The notes: generated by a model from the sequence alone, not told the origin. DNA of 64,000 nucleotides from an uncultured Chloroflexia bacterium (GCA_963763775.1 CAVXPZ010000001.1:32001-96000); one strand, 5' to 3'. Positions 55,241 to 64,000 are shown, counted from the stretch's first letter. A program made the numbers and translations.

Positions 55241-56779
55241 CTAGGCGTCGGCGGTCGAGACCTCGGCAGCCGGCGCCGTCGGCGCCGCCTCGTCCGTCGC
55301 CGCAACGGCAGGGGTCTCGCCCCGCAGCCAGCGGTCGATCGCGGCGGCGGACCGCTTTCCGTCGCCCATCGCGAGGATCACGGTCGCGGAGCCGCGGACG
55401 ATGTCCCCGCCGGCGAACACGCCGGGCAGGCTCGTCATGCCGTCCTCGTTCGTCACGATGTAGCCCCACTCGTTGACGTCGAGGTCCGGGGCCGCGGCGC
55501 GGAGCAGGGGATTGGAACGTGTGCCGATCGCCACGACGACCATGTCGCAGTCGATGACGAACTCGGAGTCGGGCATCGGCTCGGGCCGGCGCCGGCCGGA
55601 CGCATCGGGCTCGCCGAGCGCCATCCGCTGGCAGCGCAGGCCTATGACCCAGTGGTCGTCGTCCCCGATGACCTCGAGTGGCGCGACCTGGAGGTCGAAG
55701 CGGATCCCCTCTTGCTCGGCGTGATGGACCTCTTCCGCCCGGGCGGGGAGCTCGTCGTGACCGCGGCGGTAGACGATGATCGCCTCGGCCGCGCCCAGCC
55801 GCTTTGCCGTCCGGACGGCGTCCATCGCCACGTTCCCGCCACCGACGACGACGACCCGTTGACCGTGGAGTACGGGCGTGTCGCTGTCGGCGCCCCACGC
55901 GCCCATGAGGTTGACGCGGGTCAGGTACTCGTTCGCGGAGTAGACGCCCTTGAGGTTCTCCCCCGGGATGTCCATGAACACCGGCAGCCCGGCACCGACC
56001 GCGAGGAAGACCGCGTCGAAGCGCTCACGCAGCTCGGCGAGGGTGTAGGTCTTGCCGATGATCGCGTTGGTCTCGATCTTGACGCCGCTCTCGACGAGCC
56101 GGGCGACCTCGCGCTCGACGATGTCGTTCGGCAGCCGGAACTCCGGGATCCCATAGATGAGCACGCCGCCCGCGGCATGGAAGGCCTCGAAGACGGTGAC
56201 CTGATAGCCCATCTTCGCCAGCTCGCCGGCGGCCGTCAGGCCGGCCGGCCCGGAGCCGACGATCGCGACGGACTTGTCACGCGTGGCTGGACTGGGATGG
56301 GCCAGAGCCTCCGGGTGAGTCCCCGCCCAGTCCGCCACATAGCGCTCGAGCGAGCCGATCGCGACCGGCGCGCCCTTCTTGCCGCGGAGGCACAGGCCCT
56401 CGCACTGGGTCTCCTGCGGGCAGACTCGGCCGGTCACGCACGGCAGCGCGTTGTCGTCGAGGAGCGATCCGGCCGCCGCGGCCATGTCGCCGCGACGCAG
56501 GTGGTCGATGAACCGCGGGATGTTCACGCGGACCGGGCAGCCGTCGATGCACTTGGGGTTCTTGCACTGCAGGCACCGTTCGGCCTCGAGCATCGCCAGA
56601 TGCTCGGTGAAGCCGAGGTTGACCTCCTCGAACGAGTGCGAGCGCCGATCCGGGTCCTCCTCGGGCATCGACACGCGGTCGATGGCCATCCGCTGCCGAG
56701 GGTCGAGGGCGACGTCCTCGCCGGCGAGGATGCGCCGGACGAGGTCCTGGATGTCCGAGGCCGGCTTCGGATCCGTCAT
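55241..56779 (-). CDS. nfnB: NfnB/SudA large subunit (GltD-like flavo-Fe-S protein)
   Basis: EAERCLQCKNPKCIDGCPV, GRVCPQETQCE, GSGPAGL, YGIPEFRLP, GGGNVAMD, GSATVILAMGDG. Confidence 0.9.
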   Translation of the reverse strand: MTDPKPASDIQDLVRRILAGEDVALDPRQRMAIDRVSMPEEDPDRRSHSFEEVNLGFTEHLAMLEAERCLQCKNPKCIDGCPVRVNIPRFIDHLRRGDMAAAAGSLLDDNALPCVTGRVCPQETQCEGLCLRGKKGAPVAIGSLERYVADWAGTHPEALAHPSPATRDKSVAIVGSGPAGLTAAGELAKMGYQVTVFEAFHAAGGVLIYGIPEFRLPNDIVEREVARLVESGVKIETNAIIGKTYTLAELRERFDAVFLAVGAGLPVFMDIPGENLKGVYSANEYLTRVNLMGAWGADSDTPVLHGQRVVVVGGGNVAMDAVRTAKRLGAAEAIIVYRRGHDELPARAEEVHHAEQEGIRFDLQVAPLEVIGDDDHWVIGLRCQRMALGEPDASGRRRPEPMPDSEFVIDCDMVVVAIGTRSNPLLRAAAPDLDVNEWGYIVTNEDGMTSLPGVFAGGDIVRGSATVILAMGDGKRSAAAIDRWLRGETPAVAATDEAAPTAPAAEVSTADA

Positions 56780-57645
56780 CGGGCGCTCTCTGCCTCGGCG
56801 CGCTCGGCCCCGACCGCCATCGCCGGGATGCGGCAGGCCTCGCGCTTGGCCATCGCCTCCTGTTCGAACGACCGGTACGTCGTCAGGCGGTCGGCCAGCA
56901 GGGCGAAATCGACCTGGTGCCCGTCGAACTCGGGGCCGTCAACGCAGGCGTAGCGGGTCTCGCCGCCGACCGAGACGCGACAGCCGCCGCACATCCCGGT
57001 CCCGTCGACCATGATCGCGTTGAGCGAGACCGTGGTCGGCACGCCGTACCCGCGCGTGAGCTCGCTGACGGCACGCATCATCGGCACCGGGCCGACCGCG
57101 TAGACGGCGTCGGCGCCGACCGAGAGGACGTCCGCGAGCGCGTCCGTGACAAAGCCGGGTCGGCCGTAGCTCCCGTCGTCGGTGCAGGCGATCACGTCGC
57201 CGCAGCGTGCCAGCTCCGGCTCGAGGATCACCCACTCGCGCGAGCGACCCCCGATGATGCTGGTGACCCGGACCCCTAGCCGCTGGAGGCCCTGGGCGAT
57301 GGGCAGGATGACGGCCGTCCCGACGCCGCCGCCCACGCAGATGGCGTGTCCGGCCTCGATGAGCTCGGTCGGGCTCCCGAGCGGTCCCGCGACGTCCGTG
57401 ATGGCGTCGCCCGGGCGAAGGTCCACGAGGTCGGCTGTGGACTTCCCGATGGACTGGATGATGAGCGTGATCGTGCCTGCGACCGGGTCCGTGTCGGCGA
57501 TCGTCAATGGGATGCGTTCCGCCCCTGGCCCCAGCCGGACGATGACGAACTGGCCGGGCCGCCGGACCTCGGCGATCCGGGGCGCCTCGACGACGAGGCG
57601 AGTGACGTTCGGTGAGAGCTGCTCGGCGGAGACGATCGGGTGCAT
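56776..57645 (-). CDS. nfnA: NfnA/SudB small subunit (FNR-like with [2Fe-2S])
   Basis: PGQFVIVR...ERIPLTI, GPLG, GGGVG, MVDGTGMCGGCRV...CVDGPEF. Confidence 0.9.
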   Translation of the reverse strand: MHPIVSAEQLSPNVTRLVVEAPRIAEVRRPGQFVIVRLGPGAERIPLTIADTDPVAGTITLIIQSIGKSTADLVDLRPGDAITDVAGPLGSPTELIEAGHAICVGGGVGTAVILPIAQGLQRLGVRVTSIIGGRSREWVILEPELARCGDVIACTDDGSYGRPGFVTDALADVLSVGADAVYAVGPVPMMRAVSELTRGYGVPTTVSLNAIMVDGTGMCGGCRVSVGGETRYACVDGPEFDGHQVDFALLADRLTTYRSFEQEAMAKREACRIPAMAVGAERAEAESAR

Positions 57646-57834
57646 GTTCAGCCCGTGTCCGACTGCGGTCTTGGTCGACCGTGCCTCGATCGTAGGTGGC
57701 GCGGCCGATCGGCCTGACCCGTCACCCGGCCCGTTTCGGCCGGGCCGAATGTCACGAGCGCCGCGCACCTCGAGCCCTCTAGACTCCGTTGGGCTGGCGC
57801 GATCGACGCGACTGCACCACCACAGGAGGCGAGG

Positions 57835-59250
57835 ACGAGCACCGAGCAGGTCCGCGCGGCGGGTCAGGGCGCCCCGACGGGAGGGCCGTACCCCGACCAG
57901 CCGAGTCGATCGCCCTGGATCGCGCAGCTCGCCCCGGACGGCCCGCCGCGCCGACTCGACTCGGACGCGACCGCCGATGTGGTGATCGTGGGTGCCGGGA
58001 TCGCCGGCGTCGCGACAGCATTCTTCACGCTCAGATCGTCGGCGGCGCAGGTTCTCCTCGTCGAGCGCGACCGCGTCGCCCGTGGCGCCACCGGCAGAAA
58101 CGCCGGGCAACTCACGACCTACTTCGAGCGGCCGCTCGCCGACATCGCCGACGAGTTCGGGTCCGACCTAGCGATCCAGGGACAACGTGCGGTCGACGGT
58201 GCCCACGATCTGCTCGACCTGATGACGGCCGAGGCCGGGACGTCGGTCCGGGTCGAGCGGTTCGTCGGTCACATGGGCATGTTCTCGCTCGACCACCTGC
58301 AGGTGCATCTGCGGAACAACCGACTCCGCCGCGAGTCCGGCCTGCCGACGGAGGCCTGCGCCGTTTCCGACACGGCGCCATTCCTGGATCGGATCCCGCG
58401 AGCATACGAGGGCCTGTACTCGGTCGTGCCGCAGGCCCGCATCCGTGAGCTCCTCGAGACGGCGGACGACCGGTATCGGGCCGTGCTCTCGGACCGCAAG
58501 GGGTGCGTCAACGGAGGAGCCCTGGTGCAGCAGGTCCTCGCCTACCTGGAACGGCGGTACCCGGACCGGTTTCGCTTCGTCGACCACTCGATGGTGAACC
58601 GGGTCGTCGTCGGCCCCGGCCGTGTCGCCGTCCATGCCCTCGGCCATGTCGTGCGAGCGGCGCGCGTCGTCATGTGCACCAACGGGTTCGTCGACCACGT
58701 CATCGAGGCCGAGCCTGGTGAGCCGGTCGGCCTGTCCGACTCGCAGCGGGTCGTTGGCACGATCGGCTACATGGCCGCGATCATCGAGGAGCAGCCTCGC
58801 GCACCTGCGGCGCTGAGCTACATCCGGAACAAGGCGGTGGGCGGCGGTGACACGCCGTACGTCTACGTGACACGCCGGACATACGACCGCTCGGACGACA
58901 TCGTCACGCTCACGTGCATGGGCGGGCCCGAGCACCCGATCGAGAGCGCCAGCTACGACGCCGAGGCGGCCGTGCCTGGGGCGATCATGGACGAGATCGA
59001 CGGGCACCTCCGGCCGTTCGCCCAGTCTCGGCGGCCGCCGGGCCGGCCCTACGACTTCCAGTGGCACGGCCTGATGGGCTACTCGAGCGGGATGGTCCGG
59101 GTCATCGGCGTGGACCCGAGGCACCCGGAACTGCTGTACAACCTCGGCTGCAACGGCGTCGGCTTCCTGCCCTCGATCCACGGCGGCGAGACGGTGGCGA
59201 GACTCCTTGCCGGCGAGCGTCTGCCGCCAAGCGTCTTCGATCCGCGCTGA
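57835..59250 (+). CDS. FAD-dependent oxidoreductase (DAO/PuuB-like); start uncertain (ACG at 57835 or GTG at 57979)
   Basis: SPWI...DVVIVGAGIAG, ATGRNAG, WHGLMGY, NLGCNGVG. Confidence 0.8.
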   Translation, partial: TSTEQVRAAGQGAPTGGPYPDQPSRSPWIAQLAPDGPPRRLDSDATADVVIVGAGIAGVATAFFTLRSSAAQVLLVERDRVARGATGRNAGQLTTYFERPLADIADEFGSDLAIQGQRAVDGAHDLLDLMTAEAGTSVRVERFVGHMGMFSLDHLQVHLRNNRLRRESGLPTEACAVSDTAPFLDRIPRAYEGLYSVVPQARIRELLETADDRYRAVLSDRKGCVNGGALVQQVLAYLERRYPDRFRFVDHSMVNRVVVGPGRVAVHALGHVVRAARVVMCTNGFVDHVIEAEPGEPVGLSDSQRVVGTIGYMAAIIEEQPRAPAALSYIRNKAVGGGDTPYVYVTRRTYDRSDDIVTLTCMGGPEHPIESASYDAEAAVPGAIMDEIDGHLRPFAQSRRPPGRPYDFQWHGLMGYSSGMVRVIGVDPRHPELLYNLGCNGVGFLPSIHGGETVARLLAGERLPPSVFDPR

Positions 59251-59263
59251 GCCGGGCCTCAGG

Positions 59264-60073
59264 CTAGACGCTCGGCTTGCCCTTCGGCCAGTAGAGCTCC
59301 TTCTTGACGTGGAACTCCGGAAACCCGTGGTCCATCAGGGCCGCCTCCGCGTTGAGGATCATGTCCGGGTTGCCGCAGATGTAGACCACGGTCCTGTCCG
59401 GTCGGAGGTGGAGGTCCCGGCAAACGTCGATGACGACCTGCTCGGCTCGTCCCGTCCGGCCGGTCCAGCCCGCGTTGCGCGGATCGCTCGGCCGGCTGAC
59501 GGTCGGCACGTACGTCACCGGGTAGTCGCCGCCCGACTGCAGGGCCTCCAGCTCGTCGCGGTAACCGAGCTCGTCTGCGTACGAGACGCCGTTGAGGACC
59601 ACGGTCTTGCGCGGGGCGCCCGCGAGCATCGTGTCGCGGATCATCGCGATGAACGGGGCGATGCCCGTGCCCGTGGAGACGAAGAGGTGCGTCCGGTCGT
59701 CGTCCGGCTCGAGCATGAACTTGCCCTTCGGCCCGATCATCCGCATCCCGTGCCCGACCGGGAGACGCCACAACAGCGTCGTGAACCGGATGATCGGGAC
59801 GAGCCGGACATACATCTCGTAGCCGGTGTCGCCGGCCTCCCGCGGCGACGACGCCACGGAATATGGGCGCTGCCAGAGCTTGTCGTCGGCGAACACGCCG
59901 ATCGTCATGTACTGCCCGGGCTCGAACGGCGTCGGCTCGCCATCGAACTTCACCCAGATGCGCGCAAGGTCGTGCGTGTAGTCCTCGCGGCGCACGATCG
60001 TGGCGTTGTAGCGCTCGTCGTGGGACTCGATGACGCGCTCGTCGTCGATCGGGGCCTCGAGGAGTTCGGACAT
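59264..60073 (-). CDS. Ferredoxin--NADP+ reductase (Fpr-like)
   Basis: FEPGQY, RPYSVAS, STGTGIAPF, YICGNPDM, ELYW. Confidence 0.88.
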   Translation of the reverse strand: MSELLEAPIDDERVIESHDERYNATIVRREDYTHDLARIWVKFDGEPTPFEPGQYMTIGVFADDKLWQRPYSVASSPREAGDTGYEMYVRLVPIIRFTTLLWRLPVGHGMRMIGPKGKFMLEPDDDRTHLFVSTGTGIAPFIAMIRDTMLAGAPRKTVVLNGVSYADELGYRDELEALQSGGDYPVTYVPTVSRPSDPRNAGWTGRTGRAEQVVIDVCRDLHLRPDRTVVYICGNPDMILNAEAALMDHGFPEFHVKKELYWPKGKPSV

Positions 60074-60262
60074 GGGATGACGCGGCCTCCGGACGGGTCG
60101 TATTCGTCACGCATGGTACCCGTCGCGACCCGACGCGACGGCGTGCCGAAGGTCACGAACCGGTACCGACGCGGAACGGGCCCGGGACGGAGTCGAGCGC
60201 GACCCGCGGGAGACAGCGCGGGCCGCGCTCGATCGGGTTGCTGGCCTCGACGGAGGTCGTGC

Positions 60263-60958
60263 CTAGGCGGAGCCGATCGTGCAGTCGAACGCGACCGACC
60301 CGGACGCGCGCGACCGGTCACGGTCGATGGTCGAGATGCTCGCGAGCCTGGCGCTCGCCGCGGCTCCACGGGAGCCGGACTTGGTCCCTGGGTCACACGA
60401 CACGTTCGGGTTGAACGGGGCGTACAGGCCCGAGGGGTTGTATTTCCACAGCCAGACGTGCAGCGCCCAGAACGGCGGGATCTCGTAGCGATTCGGGATC
60501 TCCGGATGCAGCCGATCGCCCGTCTTCATGAACATCTGCCCGAAGAGCATGGGGGTCGTGTCGCCGTGGTCCTTGAACCACGCGTCCTGGAAGACCACGT
60601 ACTCGAGGGCGACCAGCTGCAGGCGACCGCGTCGGTCCGGCGCGTAGACGAGCACCTGCGGTCTCGCCGGGTCGAGGCTCGTGGTCAGGTTGTCGGGGTC
60701 GAGCCAGTGGAACCCCATGGCTCCGGTGCCGTCGAGCGAGGCGATGCACTCGTGGAGCGGGACGCCGTCCGGGAACGGCCCATAGCCGGCCTTGGCGGCA
60801 CGATCCGTGGAGTGGAACCGGGCCGTCGCCACGGCGGCCCGCAGGAGGTCCCAGCTGGCGCCGCCGCCGCCATGCGCGGCCGCCCCTGAGACCGCGACCG
60901 AGCCGAGCAGGATCGCCGCGAGGGTGGCGCCAACCAGGCGGCCCGTGCGGCGGTTCAT
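60263..60958 (-). CDS. Secreted hypothetical protein with conserved-looking Cys/His/Met motifs
   Basis: Signal peptide MNRRTGRLVGATLAAILLGSVAVSGAAAH; ECI...GAMGFHW, LEYV, LHVWLWKYNPSG..NPNVSC. Confidence 0.75.
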   Translation of the reverse strand: MNRRTGRLVGATLAAILLGSVAVSGAAAHGGGGASWDLLRAAVATARFHSTDRAAKAGYGPFPDGVPLHECIASLDGTGAMGFHWLDPDNLTTSLDPARPQVLVYAPDRRGRLQLVALEYVVFQDAWFKDHGDTTPMLFGQMFMKTGDRLHPEIPNRYEIPPFWALHVWLWKYNPSGLYAPFNPNVSCDPGTKSGSRGAAASARLASISTIDRDRSRASGSVAFDCTIGSA

Positions 60959-61068
60959 GGCCGGACCTTCGTTCGGTCCTCGTCGTGCGTGGCCACCATG
61001 GGGTCCTCCTTCCGGTCGCCGCGGCCTGCGGCCGACGTGCCTGCGGAGCGTCCGCCAGCCACCCCCGC

Positions 61069-61098
61069 GTCGTCATCGGTCGAACGACCGATGACGGC
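61069..61098. promoter_or_regulatory. Perfect palindrome, operator-like (site 1)
   Basis: CGTCATCGGTCG-AA-CGACCGATGACG. Confidence 0.55.
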
Positions 61099-61110
61099 CA
61101 GGGCGGCGCC

Positions 61111-61371
61111 CTATCCGGTCGGGCCGCATCGACGGCGCCGTCGCTTCACGGCGTGTGGGTGTGGCGATGTGGGCGAGGCATGTGGTGGAGTCGGCGATCG
61201 GGCCGCATCGAGCGGGCCGCATGCATGAGCCGGCGCACGACGCGAGGGATCGCGGAGGCGAGGGACCGGACGGCTCGATCCGCCGCCGTTCACCCGATGG
61301 CCGCCAGCGGCCTCCTGGCGCATCGACTCGATGTGGTGGACGGCAAGGGTCTCGTACGACTTCGGGTTCAT
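61111..61371 (-). CDS. Small hypothetical protein (3' end uncertain; a +1 error would give stop at 61146)
   Basis: GGAGG 5 nt before ATG; MNPKSYETLAVHHIESMRQEAAGGHR. Confidence 0.45.
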   Translation of the reverse strand: MNPKSYETLAVHHIESMRQEAAGGHRVNGGGSSRPVPRLRDPSRRAPAHACGPLDAARSPTPPHASPTSPHPHAVKRRRRRCGPTG

Positions 61372-61428
61372 GTCGGCCTCCACGCCAACGGCGGTTCTCG
61401 CAGCCGACGATGCCGAGCCGACCGGCGT

Positions 61429-61455
61429 CCGTCATCGGTCGTTCGGCCGACAACG
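61429..61455. promoter_or_regulatory. Degenerate inverted copy of the site-1 palindrome (site 2)
   Basis: CCGTCATCGGTCGTTCGGCCGACAACG vs reverse complement of site 1 CCGTCATCGGTCGTTCGACCGATGACG. Confidence 0.5.
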
Positions 61456-61626
61456 CCGGCTGGACGCGACCCATCCCGCCGCCCGACGGCCTGGCTCGGC
61501 ACCATCCCGCAACCAAGGCCCACCCCAGTGCGACGGTACAATCGAAGCGCACGACATCGATCGACGTGCGGGCCCGCGCCCCTCCCTCGGCGGCGTGCCC
61601 GCGCTTGACCCTCGGAGGACGTCCCC

Positions 61627-64000
61627 ATGGCCACCGCCACGCCCACCAGCGACCGTCCGCATCGCGCCGCGAAGCGGTACATCTACGCCTGGGGGGACGG
61701 CCGCGCGGAAGGCAACGCCGGGATGCGCGACCTCCTCGGCGGCAAGGGCGCCGGCCTGGCCGAGATGACCATCGCGGGCCTCCCGACGCCCCCGGGCTTC
61801 ACGATCACGACCGAAGCCTGCAACGACTATTTCTCGGCCGGTGAGCAGCTGCCGGACGGGCTGTGGGACGACGTGCTCGACGCGGTCAGGGAGGTCGAGC
61901 GGAGCACCGGCAAGGGCTTCGGCGATCCCGCGAACCCGTTGCTCGTGAGCGTCCGCTCAGGGGCGAAGTTCTCGATGCCCGGCATGATGGACACGGTCCT
62001 CAACCTGGGGCTCAACGAGCGGACGCTCCACGGCCTGATCGAGCTCACCGGCAACGAGCGGTTCGGCTGGGATGCCTATCGACGGTTCATCCAGATGTTC
62101 GGCCGCATCGTCATGGGCGTCGACGGCGAGCGGTTCGACCATGCGCTCGAGGCGGCGAAGACGGCGCACGGCGCCAAGCAGGACACCGATCTCGACGGCG
62201 CGGCCCTGCGCGACCTCGTCGGCGAGTTCAAGGCCGTCGTCAAGGCCGACACGGGCCGGGACTTCCCCGAGGACCCGGACGAGCAGCTCGACCTCGCGAT
62301 CAAGGCCGTGTTCGCCTCGTGGTTCGGGAAGCGGGCGGCGGACTACCGCAAGAACCAGGGCATCGCCAACGACCTCGGCACGGCCGTCAACGTCGTCACG
62401 ATGGTGTTCGGGAACATGGGCGACGACTCCGGGACGGGCGTGGCGTTCACCCGCGACCCGAACACCGGGGAGAAGGTGCTCTTCGGCGAGTACCTGACCA
62501 ACGCCCAGGGCGAGGACGTCGTCGCGGGGATCCGGACGGCGCCGAAGATCGCCCAGATGGAGACCGACATGCCGTCGGTCTACGCGGAGTTCCAGCGGAT
62601 CGGCCAGCAGCTCGAGCGCCATTACCGCGACGTCCAGGACCTCGAGTTCACGATCGAGCGCGGCCGGCTCTACATGCTCCAGACCCGCTCCGCGAAGCGG
62701 ACCGCGGCGGCGGCCGTCCGGATCGCGGCCGACATGGTCGACGAGGGCGTCATCACGAAGGAAGAGGCGATCGCGCGGATCGAGCCGGCGCACGTCGACC
62801 AGCTGCTGCGTGACCAGTTCGACCCGGCCGGCCTCAAGGCGGCGGTGCGCATCGCCAAGGGCCTCAACGCGTCGCCCGGGGCGGCCGTCGGGCGGGCGGT
62901 GTTCTCGGCCGACACCGCCGTCGAGTGGGTGGATCGCGGCGAGCAGGTCGTGCTCGTCCGCGTCGAGACCTCGCCCGACGACTTCCACGGCATGGCCGTC
63001 GCCCAGGGCATCCTCACGGCCCGCGGCGGGGCGACCTCGCACGCGGCCGTGGTCGCGCGCCAGATCGGCAAGCCGTGCGTCGCCGGATGCGCGGAGCTGG
63101 TGGTCGACTACGCGACCAAACGGGCGCACAGCACCGAATCGGACGTCGCGTTCGCGGAGGGTGACTGGATCAGCGTCGACGGCGCCACGGGCCAGGTCTT
63201 CCAGGGCGCGCTGCCGACCGTGTCCGCGCGCTTCGAGGACCAGCCGGACCTCCAGAAGGTGCTGGGCTGGGCCGACGAGATCCGCCGGATGGGCGTCTGG
63301 ACGAACGCCGACAAGCCCGAGGAGGCCGCGCAGGCCCGCGGGTACGGTGCCGAGGGGATCGGGCTGTGCCGCACCGAGCACATGTTCCGCGAGGGCGAGC
63401 GCCTCGAGATCGTCCGCGACGCGATCCTCGTCGCGAATGTCGCAACGAGGGCCAAGGCTCGACTCGCCGCCGGCGAGGCACTCGACGCGGACGACACCGC
63501 GGCGGTCGCGCGCTTCGACGGCGCCATGGCCAAGCTCGAAGTCCTCCAGCAGGGCGACTTCGAGGGCATCTTCCGCGCGATGGACGGGCTTCCGGTCGTG
63601 GTGCGCCTCATCGACCCGCCACTGCACGAGTTCCTGCCCAACCTCGAGGAGCAGCTCGTCAAGGTGACCCGTGCCGAGATGTCGGGTGGCGCCTCCGCCG
63701 AGGACAAGGAGCTCCTGGCCACGATCAAGAGCATGCACGAGCAGAACCCGATGCTCGGGCTGCGCGGCTGCCGGCTCGGGCTGATGATCCCGGACTTCGT
63801 CAAGATCCAGACCCGCGCCATCCTCAACGCCCAGATCGCGGTCAAGACCGCGGGCGGCAACCCGATCGCCAAGATCATGATCCCGCTCGTCGGGCACGTG
63901 AACGAGCTGTCGCGGACCCGGGCCCTGCTCGAGGCCGAGGCGAAGGCCGTGGAATCCAAGGCCGGCGTCCACGTCGACTACAAGTTCGGGACGATGATCG
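61627..64000 (+). CDS. ppdK: Pyruvate, phosphate dikinase (3'-truncated; absent from ORF track)
   Basis: Manual translation: LLGGKGAGLAEM, LLVSVRSGA..SMPGMMDTVLNLG, NAQGEDVVAG, TARGGATSHAAVVAR, IGLCRTEHMF, EQNPMLGLRGCRLG; GGAGG SD. Confidence 0.97.
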   Translation, partial: MATATPTSDRPHRAAKRYIYAWGDGRAEGNAGMRDLLGGKGAGLAEMTIAGLPTPPGFTITTEACNDYFSAGEQLPDGLWDDVLDAVREVERSTGKGFGDPANPLLVSVRSGAKFSMPGMMDTVLNLGLNERTLHGLIELTGNERFGWDAYRRFIQMFGRIVMGVDGERFDHALEAAKTAHGAKQDTDLDGAALRDLVGEFKAVVKADTGRDFPEDPDEQLDLAIKAVFASWFGKRAADYRKNQGIANDLGTAVNVVTMVFGNMGDDSGTGVAFTRDPNTGEKVLFGEYLTNAQGEDVVAGIRTAPKIAQMETDMPSVYAEFQRIGQQLERHYRDVQDLEFTIERGRLYMLQTRSAKRTAAAAVRIAADMVDEGVITKEEAIARIEPAHVDQLLRDQFDPAGLKAAVRIAKGLNASPGAAVGRAVFSADTAVEWVDRGEQVVLVRVETSPDDFHGMAVAQGILTARGGATSHAAVVARQIGKPCVAGCAELVVDYATKRAHSTESDVAFAEGDWISVDGATGQVFQGALPTVSARFEDQPDLQKVLGWADEIRRMGVWTNADKPEEAAQARGYGAEGIGLCRTEHMFREGERLEIVRDAILVANVATRAKARLAAGEALDADDTAAVARFDGAMAKLEVLQQGDFEGIFRAMDGLPVVVRLIDPPLHEFLPNLEEQLVKVTRAEMSGGASAEDKELLATIKSMHEQNPMLGLRGCRLGLMIPDFVKIQTRAILNAQIAVKTAGGNPIAKIMIPLVGHVNELSRTRALLEAEAKAVESKAGVHVDYKFGTMI

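Noticed and set aside
55241-56779. Glutamate synthase small subunit GltD
   Set aside because: No gltB is adjacent and it is paired with a SudB/NfnA-type gene, so NfnB is the better call

Overview
High-GC bacterial chromosomal window, most consistent with a Chloroflexota lineage such as Limnocylindria/Ellin6529 (inferred from gene content and sequence style, not a computed placement). Bases 1-23.9 kb hold the 3' part of rpoC and a complete str-S10-spc-alpha-truA-rplM-rpsI ribosomal superoperon. Bases 24-46.7 kb are a same-strand housekeeping run: argF, TPR gene, cdaA-cdaR-glmM-glmS, acpS, nnrD, alr, macrodomain, tsaE-tsaB-rimI-tsaD, rsmA, ispE, ridA, glmU, CorC/hemolysin and a methyltransferase. 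Embedded in that run is an uncharacterised module (small acidic protein, GlmL/MutL-like actin-fold protein, and a hybrid-hairpin/KOW-like partner) with no B12 mutase nearby; this is the best candidate for an undescribed system. Bases 46.7-64 kb carry a prenyl synthase, recO, GNAT, PPOX/F420 protein, M19 dipeptidase, glyQS, DUF3500-like gene, an ECF sigma/beta-propeller anti-sigma pair, NfnAB, an FAD oxidoreductase, an FNR, a secreted His/Cys/Met protein and a truncated ppdK. At least eight apparent single-base insertions break genes, including essential fusA, and are most likely long-read errors. No rRNA, tRNA, CRISPR array or transposase was recognised. Two related intergenic REP-like hairpins and two pairs of operator-like motifs were found by eye.
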